A stretch of DNA of 63,762 nucleotides, the filler included, from an uncultured Synergistales bacterium (lineage in GTDB: Bacteria > Synergistota > Synergistia > Synergistales > Aminobacteriaceae): assembly GCA_937897575.1 (NCBI GenBank). It is 10 parts of 10 records of this genome, joined end to end, with 100 filler letters (N's around TTAATTAATTAA, not from the genome) between each part and the next. Parts side by side here need not be neighbours in the genome. Positions count along the whole stretch, not along the records: positions 1 to 4,377 come from CALCQG010000135.1; positions 4,478 to 15,559 come from CALCQG010000136.1; 8 more parts are not named here. One strand, given 5' to 3'. The notes under the pieces were generated by a model. The model had not been told where the DNA came from and searched no databases. It saw only the letters and a list, made by a program, of their open reading frames with translations. Below are positions 1-9,382 of this stretch, in pieces. How positions within the stretch are numbered: position 1 is the first letter of the stretch; the number at the start of each line of letters is the position of its first letter. A program made the translations under genes and the position numbers.

Positions 1-417
1 AAAAGGGCCGTGGCGAAGCTCTACGGCCTGGATAAAGGGGTGTTCGGCGTGACGGCCCCCCTCACGGGAGGCGAGCTCTCCCATCTTTTCGAAAAGGCGT
101 TCGCGGGCTCCGATATGCCCTTCTATGCCCTCGTCACGACGGGAAGCGACGAGTTCGTCACACGGGAGGATTTTGTGCACGCCCTCACCCGCGCCATGGG
201 CTACACGGTCTCCGACGAGAAGGGCAAGGAGTATGCGCCGCGGTATGCGGACGTCCCGAGGGAGTCGAAGCTCTTCGCCCCCCTCCACTCCCTGGCCGAG
301 CGGGGCGTATTCCTTCAGGTCGGGCAGGGCGGCGTCTTTATGCCGTCGTCCTTCGTCACCAGAGGCGAGGCCGCCGACATGACCATGCGGGCGGTCACCG
401 CCGGAAAGGGACGATAA
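1..417 (+). CDS. S-layer homology (SLH) domain protein, 3' part
   Basis: Frame open from base 1; SLH-like motifs VTREDF and YADVP...GVFMPSSFVTRGEAA. Confidence 0.6.
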   Translation, partial: KRAVAKLYGLDKGVFGVTAPLTGGELSHLFEKAFAGSDMPFYALVTTGSDEFVTREDFVHALTRAMGYTVSDEKGKEYAPRYADVPRESKLFAPLHSLAERGVFLQVGQGGVFMPSSFVTRGEAADMTMRAVTAGKGR

Positions 418-420
418 GTC

Positions 421-1002
421 ATGCAGTGCCATGAATGCCTGGAGAAGGGGTGCTCCAAGGGCCTCCCCTGCGTGGACTTCGGAAGCGAAGCGCTCTACGA
501 CGGCGAGACGCTGAAGATGCTGAAGGTCTCCGCCGATGTGGAGGCGCTGTACTACCGTACTCTGAATCGCCTCGAGGAGATCATGGAGTTCGCCCGCCGA
601 ATGGGGTACAAAAAGCTCGGCCTTGCCTTCTGCGTGGGGTTCTCCGACGAAGCCGCCCTGCTTGGCGAGATTCTCTCGCGGGACTTCGAGGTGCACTCGG
701 CGTGCTGCAAGGTCTCGGCACTGACGAAGGACAGCGTGGGCGCCACGCGGCGCCCCTGGCTCGGCGCGATCTCATGCAACCCGGTGGAGCAGGCGAGGAG
801 GCTCGACGAAGCCGGGTGCGAGTTCAACATCGTCCTTGGCCTGTGCGTGGGCCATGACAGCCTCTTCTACCGGCACTCCTCCGCGCCGGTGACCACCTTC
901 GTGGTGAAGGATCGGGTCCTGGGTCACAACCCCGTGGCGGCGCTCTACTGCCCCTATATCCGGAAGGACCTCAAAGTGCGGCCCGAGGAGCGAAAAGAGT
1001 AA
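421..1002 (+). CDS. DUF1847 family Cys-rich metal-binding protein
   Basis: Motifs RLEEIMEFARRMGYKKLGLAFC, CNPVEQA, GLCVGHDSLF, VKDRVLGHNP. Confidence 0.85.
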   Translation: MQCHECLEKGCSKGLPCVDFGSEALYDGETLKMLKVSADVEALYYRTLNRLEEIMEFARRMGYKKLGLAFCVGFSDEAALLGEILSRDFEVHSACCKVSALTKDSVGATRRPWLGAISCNPVEQARRLDEAGCEFNIVLGLCVGHDSLFYRHSSAPVTTFVVKDRVLGHNPVAALYCPYIRKDLKVRPEERKE

Positions 1003-1193
1003 ATTCCTTCACAACGGGATCTCTCCGGAATGGCACGACTCCGGCATAGGCGCGCGGTTCCCATGAACCGTACCACGGATATCCCGAAGAAAAGCTTCTT
1101 CACGCTTCTGGCAGAAGCATCAGAGGAGGACCGGGAAGCCCTGCGTCCACCTGACGGAGGCTATCGGGCAGCATGAAGAAAGGCGGTAAAGAT

Positions 1194-2772
1194 GTGAGAA
1201 GAACACTGTTGATCGTGACCCTATGTCTTGCTGTGGTGCTCTCGAACAGGGCCCCCCTCTCGGCGGCCACGGACCCCAAGGCGCTGGACCGCGAGATATC
1301 GAGCGCCACCTACTACGTGGAGGAGTTCGAGAAGGAGCTGGCCCGGCTTCGGGGCAGCCGGTCGGAGCGGTACTTCAACATGGACGAGGCCTCGAAGCGG
1401 GTGATGGCCCTCCACGAGCGGCATCCCGACGACCCGAGGGTCCGGGACCTCTTCGCCCGAATGCGCGATGCCCTGATGAAGACCCAGGGAGACTACATCA
1501 CCATCACACCGGAAATGCTGGCCTACCGGCAGCAGGAGGAGGCCCTTCTGAAAAAGCTGGGGGAGCTGGCCGACAAAAAGTGGCGGGAGCTTCTCGGGAA
1601 GGCCGAGGCCGAGACGCCGCCTCTCCTCACCGAACCGAAGTTCGAAACCATGGATCTGGCGACCTTGAAGGAGCATCTGACCCCAGAACAGCTGAAGGTC
1701 CTCTCGGCCTCCCTCTCACCTGACGGCCAGGCCGACGCGACGAAGCTGCTGCAGCGGCTCTCCTCTGAAGAGGACGGCCTGTTGACCTCGGAGGAGCAAA
1801 CCGTCCTGGCGGAGCTGGCCACGGGAGCAGTACGGCTATACCATCCCGCAGGGGATCATCACGAAGCTCTTCCCCACGCCCGACTGGCGTTACACCACCA
1901 TCGACGAGCTCAAGGACCGCTACGTCCTCCTCACGGACGTGCGGTACCCCGAACGGCAGTTTTTTGGATCCTCCGGGGAGTACATAGCGCTGGGCAAGCC
2001 CTCGGAAGGGTACTGGTTCGTCAAGATCGACGGCCGGGACTGGCTGGGCCCCTGGGAGGCCATGAAGCGCTGCCGCCGGGAGGCCATCACGGCCCTCGAG
2101 GATGTGGAGGGGTGGACCGTCCTCGGGAAGATCACCGCCATCACCAACGAAGTCCCCCAGGCCGAGGAGGTGAAGACCATGCCCTTCCAGTGGGGCTGGG
2201 TCGTCACGCCGATAGCCCTCCACGCCCCGGGACTCGTCACCGCCTGGTACGATCCCGGCGCTGAAAAGAGCGGCCTCTTCGCCGGCGAGGAGGGGCTCCG
2301 GGCCATCAAGGAGGCGGGGTACACCGTCAAGGCCCTGCCCGCGGACACTACGCCCCTGCAGGTCATGGAGACCTTCGTCACGGCCATCAAGGAGAAGAAC
2401 AAGGAGCTCTACCTGGCGTGCGTCGACCCAGCTCGGTACAAGACGGGACAGGGGTACGACCTGGTGGCCAACTATCACTGGGACCTGCACCAGATGCGAT
2501 TCCGGGAGCACTACGTGACCGTGACCTTCGGTGAGCCCCGCATCGAGACCAACAAAGGTTTCGACGAACGCAGCAAGGCGATGGACTACTTCCTGACCGC
2601 CGAACAGAAGGACACGGCGCGGCAGATCGGCGGCACCAGGGTGGAGTACGCCTACATCGACTGCAAGGCCTGGGACGAGAACGGGCGCCAGTACGGCTCG
2701 CCGAAGGAGTACCAGCTCAAGCGGGTGGGGGACGGGCCCTGGATGGTGGAGACCTACGATGTGCCCTTTTAG
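1194..2772 (+). CDS. Secreted hypothetical protein (~525 aa), split by a +1 frameshift near 1820; C-terminal domain NTF2-like
   Basis: Signal peptide; frame of ORF 1173 reads well to ..LAELA; frame of ORF 1939 is open from 1786 and reads REQYGYTIPQGII..; C-terminus YQLKRVGDGPWMV resembles NTF2-like folds. Confidence 0.65.
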
Positions 2773-2817
2773 AGGATCCGTTCCGCATGTTTCACGAAGA
2801 CCCGAAAGGAGGACGCC

Positions 2818-3804
2818 ATGAAAGGCCGAAAGATATTCACCGCCTGCATGATCCTGCTGGCCTGTGCTCTTCCCGCGGCAGCAGCCACCACCACGAAACA
2901 GGATGCCATGGAGGAGTTCGGGACGGTCGCGAACTGGTGCCTGGAACAGATCCGATCCCTGGAGTACGAAGAGGGCATCCAGAACGTCTTGATCATCCGT
3001 GAGCTCCTTCAGACCGTGGACACCTACAACTACGAGCTCAAGACGAATCCGGACCTGGACGTCTACAACGTCGCGGCTGTCTCCGGCGCCTTCAATCTGG
3101 CGCTGCACAGTCTTCAAGCTGCGGATAAGAGCCTGTACAACGATGCGGGCAACATGACCTACCGACTGGCGGACTGGCGATCTCGATCCTTTCCACAAGG
3201 ACGGGATAGGATCATCGCGTACCTCAAAAGGGGAGAGACGATACGGGGTTTTGCCGAGAAGGTCCTGGCAATATGGGAGGACCGGATCAGGAACCCCGGG
3301 AAAGTCGTCCATGTGGGCTTGGGAGTCCTGCACCTTGAGGACGCTGTGAACAACTATGACCGTGAGGCGCTATCGGGCGAGCTGAGGAACCTCTTAACGA
3401 GATTCATCCTGCAAAAGGTTTCCATGAAGGACTGGAAAGAGGCGACGTTCCTCTACGCCGACAGCCTGGGGCGCTTCGTCGAGGAGCTCCAGGAGAGTGT
3501 AAAAGAGCTCCAGAACTATGTCGAGGAGATGACTGACGCCCTTGAGGGAGGAAAGACCAGGACTCGCTTGGCTGTGGTCACCAATCTCCGGGACATTGTG
3601 GAGGCGCTGCACGGCCGCATGGTGGAGTTTCGGGATCAGGCCAAGGTGGACATTGAGGTCACCTACAACGACAAGGAGTTCTGCAGCTTTCTGGAGTCCC
3701 TGAGTATACCCGCCATGCTGGACGACATCCCGCTGGGGCTCCTCGCCATGGTGAAACGCGTGAAGGAACGGGTGCGGTACTTTGAGGATCACCTGAGACG
3801 ATGA
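2818..3804 (+). CDS. Secreted, predicted all-helical hypothetical protein
   Basis: RBS AGGAGG; signal peptide MKGRKIFTACMILLACALPAAA; 328 aa. Confidence 0.75.
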   Translation: MKGRKIFTACMILLACALPAAAATTTKQDAMEEFGTVANWCLEQIRSLEYEEGIQNVLIIRELLQTVDTYNYELKTNPDLDVYNVAAVSGAFNLALHSLQAADKSLYNDAGNMTYRLADWRSRSFPQGRDRIIAYLKRGETIRGFAEKVLAIWEDRIRNPGKVVHVGLGVLHLEDAVNNYDREALSGELRNLLTRFILQKVSMKDWKEATFLYADSLGRFVEELQESVKELQNYVEEMTDALEGGKTRTRLAVVTNLRDIVEALHGRMVEFRDQAKVDIEVTYNDKEFCSFLESLSIPAMLDDIPLGLLAMVKRVKERVRYFEDHLRR

Positions 3805-3868
3805 CAGCGCTCTGCGATTTTTCGAATCCTTGTATGAAACCCTTATGGACGAAAAGGAGGTATCGCCC

Positions 3869-4363
3869 GTGAAACGGATCGCCTTTCTGCCGATCTTGAC
3901 CATAGCCGCTCTTCTTTTCTTTTCGCCCGGTCCGGTTCGCGCCGCCGAGGACCCGGCGGCAGTGACCCGGGAGATTCTGCGGGCCACCCACTTCGTGACG
4001 CTCTTCGAGAAGGAGCTTGACCAGCAGCGAGGCGGCCTGGCCGAGCGGTACTTCAACAAGACCGAGGCCACGAACCGAGTGCGGTCCCTCCACGAACGGT
4101 ACCCCGACGACCCCAGGGTCCAGGCCCTGTTCGAGCGGGTGCGAACGGCCATCATGCGCTCCAAGGGGGACTACATCACCATCACGCCCGAGATGCTGGC
4201 CTATCGCCAGCAGGAGAAAAACCTGCAGGGCAAGCTGGGAGCGCTGGCGGACAGCAAGTGGCGCGAGCTGCTGCAACAGGCCGACGAGGAGGCGAAGGCC
4301 GCGGCGGCCCGTCGAGCCGGGGAAAAAGCCAAGGACGAACTGTTTAAGAAGACAACGATGTAG
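3869..4363 (+). CDS. Secreted hypothetical protein, paralog of 1194..2772 (probably truncated at contig end)
   Basis: RBS AAGGAGG + GTG; shares GDYITITPEMLAYRQQE, PDDPRV and KWRELL with the upstream protein. Confidence 0.75.
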   Translation: MKRIAFLPILTIAALLFFSPGPVRAAEDPAAVTREILRATHFVTLFEKELDQQRGGLAERYFNKTEATNRVRSLHERYPDDPRVQALFERVRTAIMRSKGDYITITPEMLAYRQQEKNLQGKLGALADSKWRELLQQADEEAKAAAARRAGEKAKDELFKKTTM

Positions 4364-4377
4364 TTAACACCAACTTG

Positions 4378-4477
4378 NNNNNNNNNNNNNNNNNNNNNNN
4401 NNNNNNNNNNNNNNNNNNNNNTTAATTAATTAANNNNNNNNNNNNNNNNNNNNNNNNNNNNNNNNNNNNNNNNNNNN
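4378..4477. other. Artificial contig linker
   Basis: 44 N + TTAATTAATTAA (stops in six frames) + 44 N. Confidence 0.98.
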
Positions 4478-4627
4478 GCCCAGGGATCGGGGACGTCGGT
4501 CCAGATGGTGAACCAGCTTCTCGCCCAGTACGAGCAGATGCGGAAGCTGATGAAGCAGTTCGGGAAACAGGGGAAGAACGTCCGGCTGCCGAAGGGGCTC
4601 TTCGGCGGCGGGTTCCGTTCCAGATAG
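4478..4627 (+). CDS. ffh: Signal recognition particle protein Ffh, C-terminal fragment
   Basis: [28 protein letters not shown]-domain end, directly upstream of rpsP. Confidence 0.9.
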   Translation, partial: AQGSGTSVQMVNQLLAQYEQMRKLMKQFGKQGKNVRLPKGLFGGGFRSR

Positions 4628-4679
4628 ACAGCGTTCGGCCCGAGCCGAGGCCCGGGTACTCTCAGGAGGTGTATGGTGT

Positions 4680-4955
4680 ATGGCAGTACGTATTCGTCTT
4701 TCCCGCCATGGTCGCAAGAAAGCGCCCTTTTACCGGCTCGTGGTGGCCGATTCACACTCGCCGCGAGACGGGCGGTTCATTGAGCTTCTCGGGACCTACG
4801 ACCCCATGGTCGATCCGGCCAGGATCACCGTGGACGAAGAGCGCGCCCTGCACTGGCTGTCCGTCGGGGCCTCGGCATCCGACACGGCCCGGGGGCTGCT
4901 CAAAAAATCCGGCGTATGGGAAAAATTCGAGGCCGGCAGAAAGAAGGCGAAATAA
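4680..4955 (+). CDS. rpsP: 30S ribosomal protein S16
   Basis: [32 protein letters not shown]. Confidence 0.98.
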   Translation: MAVRIRLSRHGRKKAPFYRLVVADSHSPRDGRFIELLGTYDPMVDPARITVDEERALHWLSVGASASDTARGLLKKSGVWEKFEAGRKKAK

Positions 4956-4957
4956 GC

Positions 4958-5206
4958 ATGTCCGATTACAGAGAGCTTGTTGAGTTCATAGTGCGACGTC
5001 TCGTAACGCTCCCCGACCAGGTCTCCGTCACGTCGGAGATGGGGGAGGGCGACGTCACCCTCATCTCCATCACGGTTGCGCCCGAGGATGTGGGGCGGGT
5101 CATCGGGAAGCGCGGCGGCACGATCAACTCCATCCGCCTGCTGACCAAGGCGGCCGCCGTGAAGGAGAACGTCCGGGTGGATGTCGACATCGTCGAAAAC
5201 CAGTAG
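4958..5206 (+). CDS. khpA: KH-domain RNA-binding protein KhpA
   Basis: DVGRVIGKRGGTINSIR GxxG motif; rpsP-khpA-rimM order. Confidence 0.9.
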   Translation: MSDYRELVEFIVRRLVTLPDQVSVTSEMGEGDVTLISITVAPEDVGRVIGKRGGTINSIRLLTKAAAVKENVRVDVDIVENQ

Positions 5207-5729
5207 GGTCAGGATCGGCCGCATCGTCGGAGTGCACGGCGTGCGGGGACGCCTGAAAATTCTGCCCCTCACCGACTCGCCCGAGCGCTTCGAGACCATG
5301 GAGTCCATGGCCGTCTACGGGGCGGACGGCGCCCATAGGGTGACGGTCACACCGACCTCCATCCGGTGGGTGCCGGGCAGGAAGATTCTCGTGGTGGAGA
5401 CGGAGGAGATCAGGAAGCGGGAGGCCGCCGAATCGTTCCTCGGCCACTTCATCGAGGTGATGCCCGACGAGCGGTATCAGCTCGAGGAGGGGGCGTACTG
5501 GGTCGATGATCTCATCGGCCTGTCGGTGAAGGAGGAGGGGACGGACCGCTCTCTCGGGGTGCTCTCGGACGTTTTGGCGGCGGGGGAGAACGACCTGTAC
5601 GCCGTTCGGGACCACGAGGGGAAGGAGCACTACATTCCGGCGGTGAAGGAATTTGTATCGGCGGTGGACCTTGAAAAAGGAGAAATTCGAGTGATGCTGG
5701 CGGAGGGGCTCTGGGAATCGTGCGTGTAA
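5181..5729 (+). CDS. rimM: Ribosome maturation factor RimM
   Basis: IGRIVGVHGVRG, YWVDDLIGL, YIPAVKEFV. Confidence 0.95.
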   Translation: MSTSSKTSRVRIGRIVGVHGVRGRLKILPLTDSPERFETMESMAVYGADGAHRVTVTPTSIRWVPGRKILVVETEEIRKREAAESFLGHFIEVMPDERYQLEEGAYWVDDLIGLSVKEEGTDRSLGVLSDVLAAGENDLYAVRDHEGKEHYIPAVKEFVSAVDLEKGEIRVMLAEGLWESCV

Positions 5730-6979
5730 CGATCGTCACGGCTTTCCCCGAGTTTTTCGAGGACTTCCTCTCGACGAGCATGATCGGCAGGGCCATGAAG
5801 AGAGGGCTCCTCGCCGTGGAGGTGGAGGACCTCAGGAAGCACGGGCTCGGTTCGTACCGTCAGGTGGACGACTACTCCTTCGGGGGCAAGGGCGGCATGG
5901 TGCTGTTGCCCGACGTTCTGAAGAGCGCCCTGTCCTCCGTCGAGGCCAGAAGAGGGCCCGGGTACCGCGTTTCCCCGTCGCCCCAGGGCGACCTGCTCTC
6001 CCAGGAGGTCGTGGAGACGCTGGCGGCCCAGGAGCACGTCATCCTTCTGTGCGGGCACTACGAGGGGCTGGACGAGCGCTTCGTCGAGAGGTACGTGGAC
6101 CGGGAGATCTCCCTGGGCGATTTCGTGCTGACGGGGGGCGAGATCCCGGCCATGGCCATAGTGGACGCCATGGCGCGCCTCGTTCCCGGGGTAATCGGGA
6201 AGGAATCGTCCGTGGTGGAGGACTCCTTCTACCGCGGGATGCTCGACAACCCGCACTATACCCGCCCCTCGGAGTGGGAAGGGGAGGGCGTTCCCGAGGA
6301 GCTCCTTTCGGGGAACGACGCGGGCATCGAGCGGTGGCGGCGGGCAAGCGCCGCGAAGCGGACCCTTGCACGACGGCCGGATCTTATCGGCAGGGCGAAC
6401 ATACGGCCCTATCTGCCCAAGGGGGTCTACGTCGCCCTCGTCCACTCGCCCGTGCTGGACAGACAGGGCGGGAAGAGCACGGCGGCCGTCACGGGGCTCG
6501 ACCTGTCGGACATGGCGCGGTCGTGCAGGACCTTCGGGGTCGACCGCTTTCTGGTCACCACCCCCATTGCAAGCCAGAGAGCGCTCGTCAAGACAGTGAT
6601 GAAGCACTGGACGGACGGCTGGGGGGCTGAGGCGAACCCCGACCGCGGAGAGGCCCTCGATTTGCTCAAGACCTTCCCCTCTCTGGAGCGGGCCGTGGCT
6701 TGGATATCGAAGCGGGAGAAGGAGTCTCCCCTGATCGTCGGAACGACGGCCAAAGAGCGGGACGGCGCTTTTCACTGGCTCGAGATGAAGCGGCGCCTGC
6801 TTCGGGAGGAGAAACCGGTGCTTTTCCTCTTCGGCACCGGCTCGGGGCTGCACGAGGAAGTTTTTGGAATGTGTACCGCGGTGCTCCGCCCCATTTCGGG
6901 TGGAGAGGGCGTGTATCGCCACCTCTCCGTCCGGGCGTCGGCGGCGGTGGTGCTCGATCGTTTTTTCGGATGGCGTTGA
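5720..6979 (+). CDS. trmD: tRNA (guanine-N1)-methyltransferase TrmD fused to a Tm1570-type SPOUT methyltransferase
   Basis: N-part [22 protein letters not shown]-part [41 protein letters not shown]. Confidence 0.92.
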   Translation: MRVTIVTAFPEFFEDFLSTSMIGRAMKRGLLAVEVEDLRKHGLGSYRQVDDYSFGGKGGMVLLPDVLKSALSSVEARRGPGYRVSPSPQGDLLSQEVVETLAAQEHVILLCGHYEGLDERFVERYVDREISLGDFVLTGGEIPAMAIVDAMARLVPGVIGKESSVVEDSFYRGMLDNPHYTRPSEWEGEGVPEELLSGNDAGIERWRRASAAKRTLARRPDLIGRANIRPYLPKGVYVALVHSPVLDRQGGKSTAAVTGLDLSDMARSCRTFGVDRFLVTTPIASQRALVKTVMKHWTDGWGAEANPDRGEALDLLKTFPSLERAVAWISKREKESPLIVGTTAKERDGAFHWLEMKRRLLREEKPVLFLFGTGSGLHEEVFGMCTAVLRPISGGEGVYRHLSVRASAAVVLDRFFGWR

Positions 6980-7031
6980 AGAAAGCAGAAATTCGGTGCG
7001 CAGAGAGCGCACGCGTGAGGAGGTAACAGAG

Positions 7032-7379
7032 GTGAACATACTCGATCTTGTGGAGAAGAAGTTTATCAGGGAGGACATCCCCGAATTCCGAGCCGGGGAC
7101 ACGGTCCGGGTGCACGTGAAGGTCACGGAAGGGGCCAGGGAGCGGATTCAGGCTTTCGAAGGGATCGTCATAGCACGGAAGCACGGTGGGCTTGCGGAGA
7201 CCTTCACCGTCCGGAAGATCTCCAACGGAGTGGGCGTGGAGCGTGTGTTCCCGCTGCACTGCCCGTCCATCAAGGAGATAGAGGTGAAGCGTCTTGGCAA
7301 GGTGCGCCGCGCCAAGCTCTACTACCTCAGGGAGCGCAGCGGCAAAGCGGCGAGGATCAAGGAACGCCGCGAGTTTTAA
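7032..7379 (+). CDS. rplS: 50S ribosomal protein L19
   Basis: [32 protein letters not shown]. Confidence 0.98.
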   Translation: MNILDLVEKKFIREDIPEFRAGDTVRVHVKVTEGARERIQAFEGIVIARKHGGLAETFTVRKISNGVGVERVFPLHCPSIKEIEVKRLGKVRRAKLYYLRERSGKAARIKERREF

Positions 7380-7389
7380 CGGCCCGTAC

Positions 7390-7418
7390 TTGACTGCGGA
7401 CGCCGACAACAGTATAAT
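7390..7418 (+). promoter_or_regulatory. Sigma70 promoter of tRNA-Leu
   Basis: TTGACT-17 bp-TATAAT. Confidence 0.85.
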
Positions 7419-7430
7419 ATCCGTCGTCGC

Positions 7431-7517
7431 GCGGGGGTGGCGGAACTGGTAGACGCGCAAGGCTAAGGACCTTGTGGCTGCAAAGCTGTGGGAGTTCAAG
7501 TCTCCCCCTCCGCACCA
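7431..7517 (+). tRNA. tRNA-Leu, anticodon AAG
   Basis: 87-nt type II cloverleaf; anticodon stem CAAGG/CCTTG, loop CT-AAG-GA; long variable arm; A73 discriminator; encoded CCA. Confidence 0.93.
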
Positions 7518-7526
7518 CTTTGAACG

Positions 7527-7558
7527 AAAGCTCCTCTCCGGTGAGAGGGGCTTTTTTT
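7527..7558 (+). terminator. Intrinsic terminator after tRNA-Leu
   Basis: AAAGCTCCTCTC-CGGT-GAGAGGGGCTTT followed by a T run. Confidence 0.85.
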
Positions 7559-7660
7559 ATGTCCGCCCGAAGGCTATGATATGCTTGTTCTTGCAGGACG
7601 TTGTGCGACTGTCCCGATCCAGAGAAGCCCCGGCCCTTCGGGGCGAGAGGAGGCGCCAGC

Positions 7661-9382
7661 ATGGAGCCGTTCGTTCTTCCCGGTCAGGGGCCCGTTGCGA
7701 TATGGGGCGGGGATAGGAGCGACTTTCCCGCTCTCTCCCATGCGGGCGATGACATCGGAAAGGATGGAGCAGCGTCCCCCGGGCCGCTGCAGACGGTGTT
7801 CATCGCCTCCGGCAAGATACATCTCGAGAGAGCCCTGTCGGACAAGATCCCCTTTGTCGTGCTCGGAAGAGGGTGGACGGACCCCCTTTCTTTGCGGACG
7901 ATCCGCAAAGCCGGAGCCGCCGGCGTTCGGATCGTTGGTCCGGGGAGCGCCGGTGTCGTGACCCCCTTTCTGTCGGGAAGCGCCGACGGCAACACGGCCC
8001 TTCTTGCCGAAGGGTACGACGCCTTCCTGCACGTGCTCTCCATGGCGCACCGGAGCGGTGTCCCCCTCCGGTATGCTCTCTCCTTCGGCGACGGGGGGGG
8101 CTACTCCTTTCTGGAGGCGGCGCGGTCGATCTTCGAGCACGACCCCGCCGTGGATCTCTACGTCTTCGTCGTAAAAACCCTTCGGGAGGGGCGGGCTCTT
8201 CTTGACTTCGCAGAGATTGCGGCCGGGCGGGGCAAGAGGACGGCGCTGCTTCAGCTCTCGCGGACGGAAGGGGAGCAGATCGAGGAGGACGCGCTCTTCC
8301 GGCAGTACGACGTGGTTGTCCTCGGCGAACCGTCGGACATCGTGGACGGAGCAGCCGTCTTCCTGCACTCCCCCCGCCCCAAGGGAAAGAGGGTCCACTG
8401 CATCGCCCCGTCCAAAGAACTGGACGGCCTGCTCCGGAGGGAGGCTTCCGCCCTCGGGTTCGAGTGCTGCGGCGACAGGGAGGCAGCCGACATCCTGCTC
8501 GAGATCGGGACGTCCTGCACGGTTCGTCCGCAGAGCGGGCAGGCCCACGTCCGGACGACGGTGGAGCAGTGTCCCGGCGGCACGGCGAGAGGTACTTCCT
8601 GCCCGCCCCTTGTGCCGGGCATAGGGCGGAGCGTCCGGGCGATGCAGCTCGCCGCTTTCCCCAGGCGGACAACCCATGAGGCGCTCCGTCGTCCCCCCCG
8701 TGTCACGACGTGCCCCGTACACCGACGGATGGAGCGGGATGCGAAGATCTACCTCGCCTCCTATGATATCCCCATCGCGAAGGAGAAGCTCTGCCGGTCC
8801 TACCCGGCCGCGCTGGCTGCCGCCGAGGAGATCGGCTACCCCGTCGCGCTGAAGGTGCTGTCCCCCTCCATCCTGTACAAGACGGAGGCCAGGGTCATCG
8901 CCTTGAACCTGCACGACGAGGAGGAGCTGAGGAACGCCTACGGGCGGACGCTGGAGAAGGCCAGGCTTGCCGATCCGAAGGCCGATATCCGGGGCGTCCT
9001 CGTTCAGGAGATGATCTACGGAGGGACGGAGTGGCGGATGGAGTTCCACCGCGACTCCCGTTTCGGTCCCATCGTCGGGGTGGGCATCAGCGGCGCCTAC
9101 AGAGAGTTTCTTCCCGATTGGGTCATTCGCGGTGCCCCCTTCGACGAAGAGGAGGCCCTGGAGATGATCCGGGAGTCCAAGGGCTACCCGCTGCTCCTCG
9201 AAGGATGGAACCGACCGGCCCTCGACGTGGATGGCTTCGCGGCTGCCCTCTCCTCCTTCTCCAGGTTGGCCTACTGCGAAAAGGACGTCGCCCGCATCGA
9301 GGTCCATCCCCTGTTTGTGACCTCCTCGGGTGTCCTCGTGGTGGATGCCTTCATCGAGGCGGGGGCGCGGCGGAAAAAATGA
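7661..9382 (+). CDS. Divergent acetate--CoA ligase (ADP-forming)-like protein with C-terminal ATP-grasp domain
   Basis: RIVGPGSAG, SFGDG, IGYPVALKVLSP, GVLVQEM, RDSRFGPIV, VVDA; canonical His motifs absent. Confidence 0.75.
   Translation: MEPFVLPGQGPVAIWGGDRSDFPALSHAGDDIGKDGAASPGPLQTVFIASGKIHLERALSDKIPFVVLGRGWTDPLSLRTIRKAGAAGVRIVGPGSAGVVTPFLSGSADGNTALLAEGYDAFLHVLSMAHRSGVPLRYALSFGDGGGYSFLEAARSIFEHDPAVDLYVFVVKTLREGRALLDFAEIAAGRGKRTALLQLSRTEGEQIEEDALFRQYDVVVLGEPSDIVDGAAVFLHSPRPKGKRVHCIAPSKELDGLLRREASALGFECCGDREAADILLEIGTSCTVRPQSGQAHVRTTVEQCPGGTARGTSCPPLVPGIGRSVRAMQLAAFPRRTTHEALRRPPRVTTCPVHRRMERDAKIYLASYDIPIAKEKLCRSYPAALAAAEEIGYPVALKVLSPSILYKTEARVIALNLHDEEELRNAYGRTLEKARLADPKADIRGVLVQEMIYGGTEWRMEFHRDSRFGPIVGVGISGAYREFLPDWVIRGAPFDEEEALEMIRESKGYPLLLEGWNRPALDVDGFAAALSSFSRLAYCEKDVARIEVHPLFVTSSGVLVVDAFIEAGARRKK

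Noticed and set aside
4335..4377. AT-rich tail giving a stop codon to the third secreted protein
   Set aside because: Abrupt composition change at a contig end; probably a chimeric read end, so the true C-terminus is unknown.
4422..4433. Recurring TTAATTAATTAA as a biological repeat or CRISPR repeat
   Set aside because: Always centred in N runs; it is a six-frame stop linker. No CRISPR array or cas gene was seen in the window.
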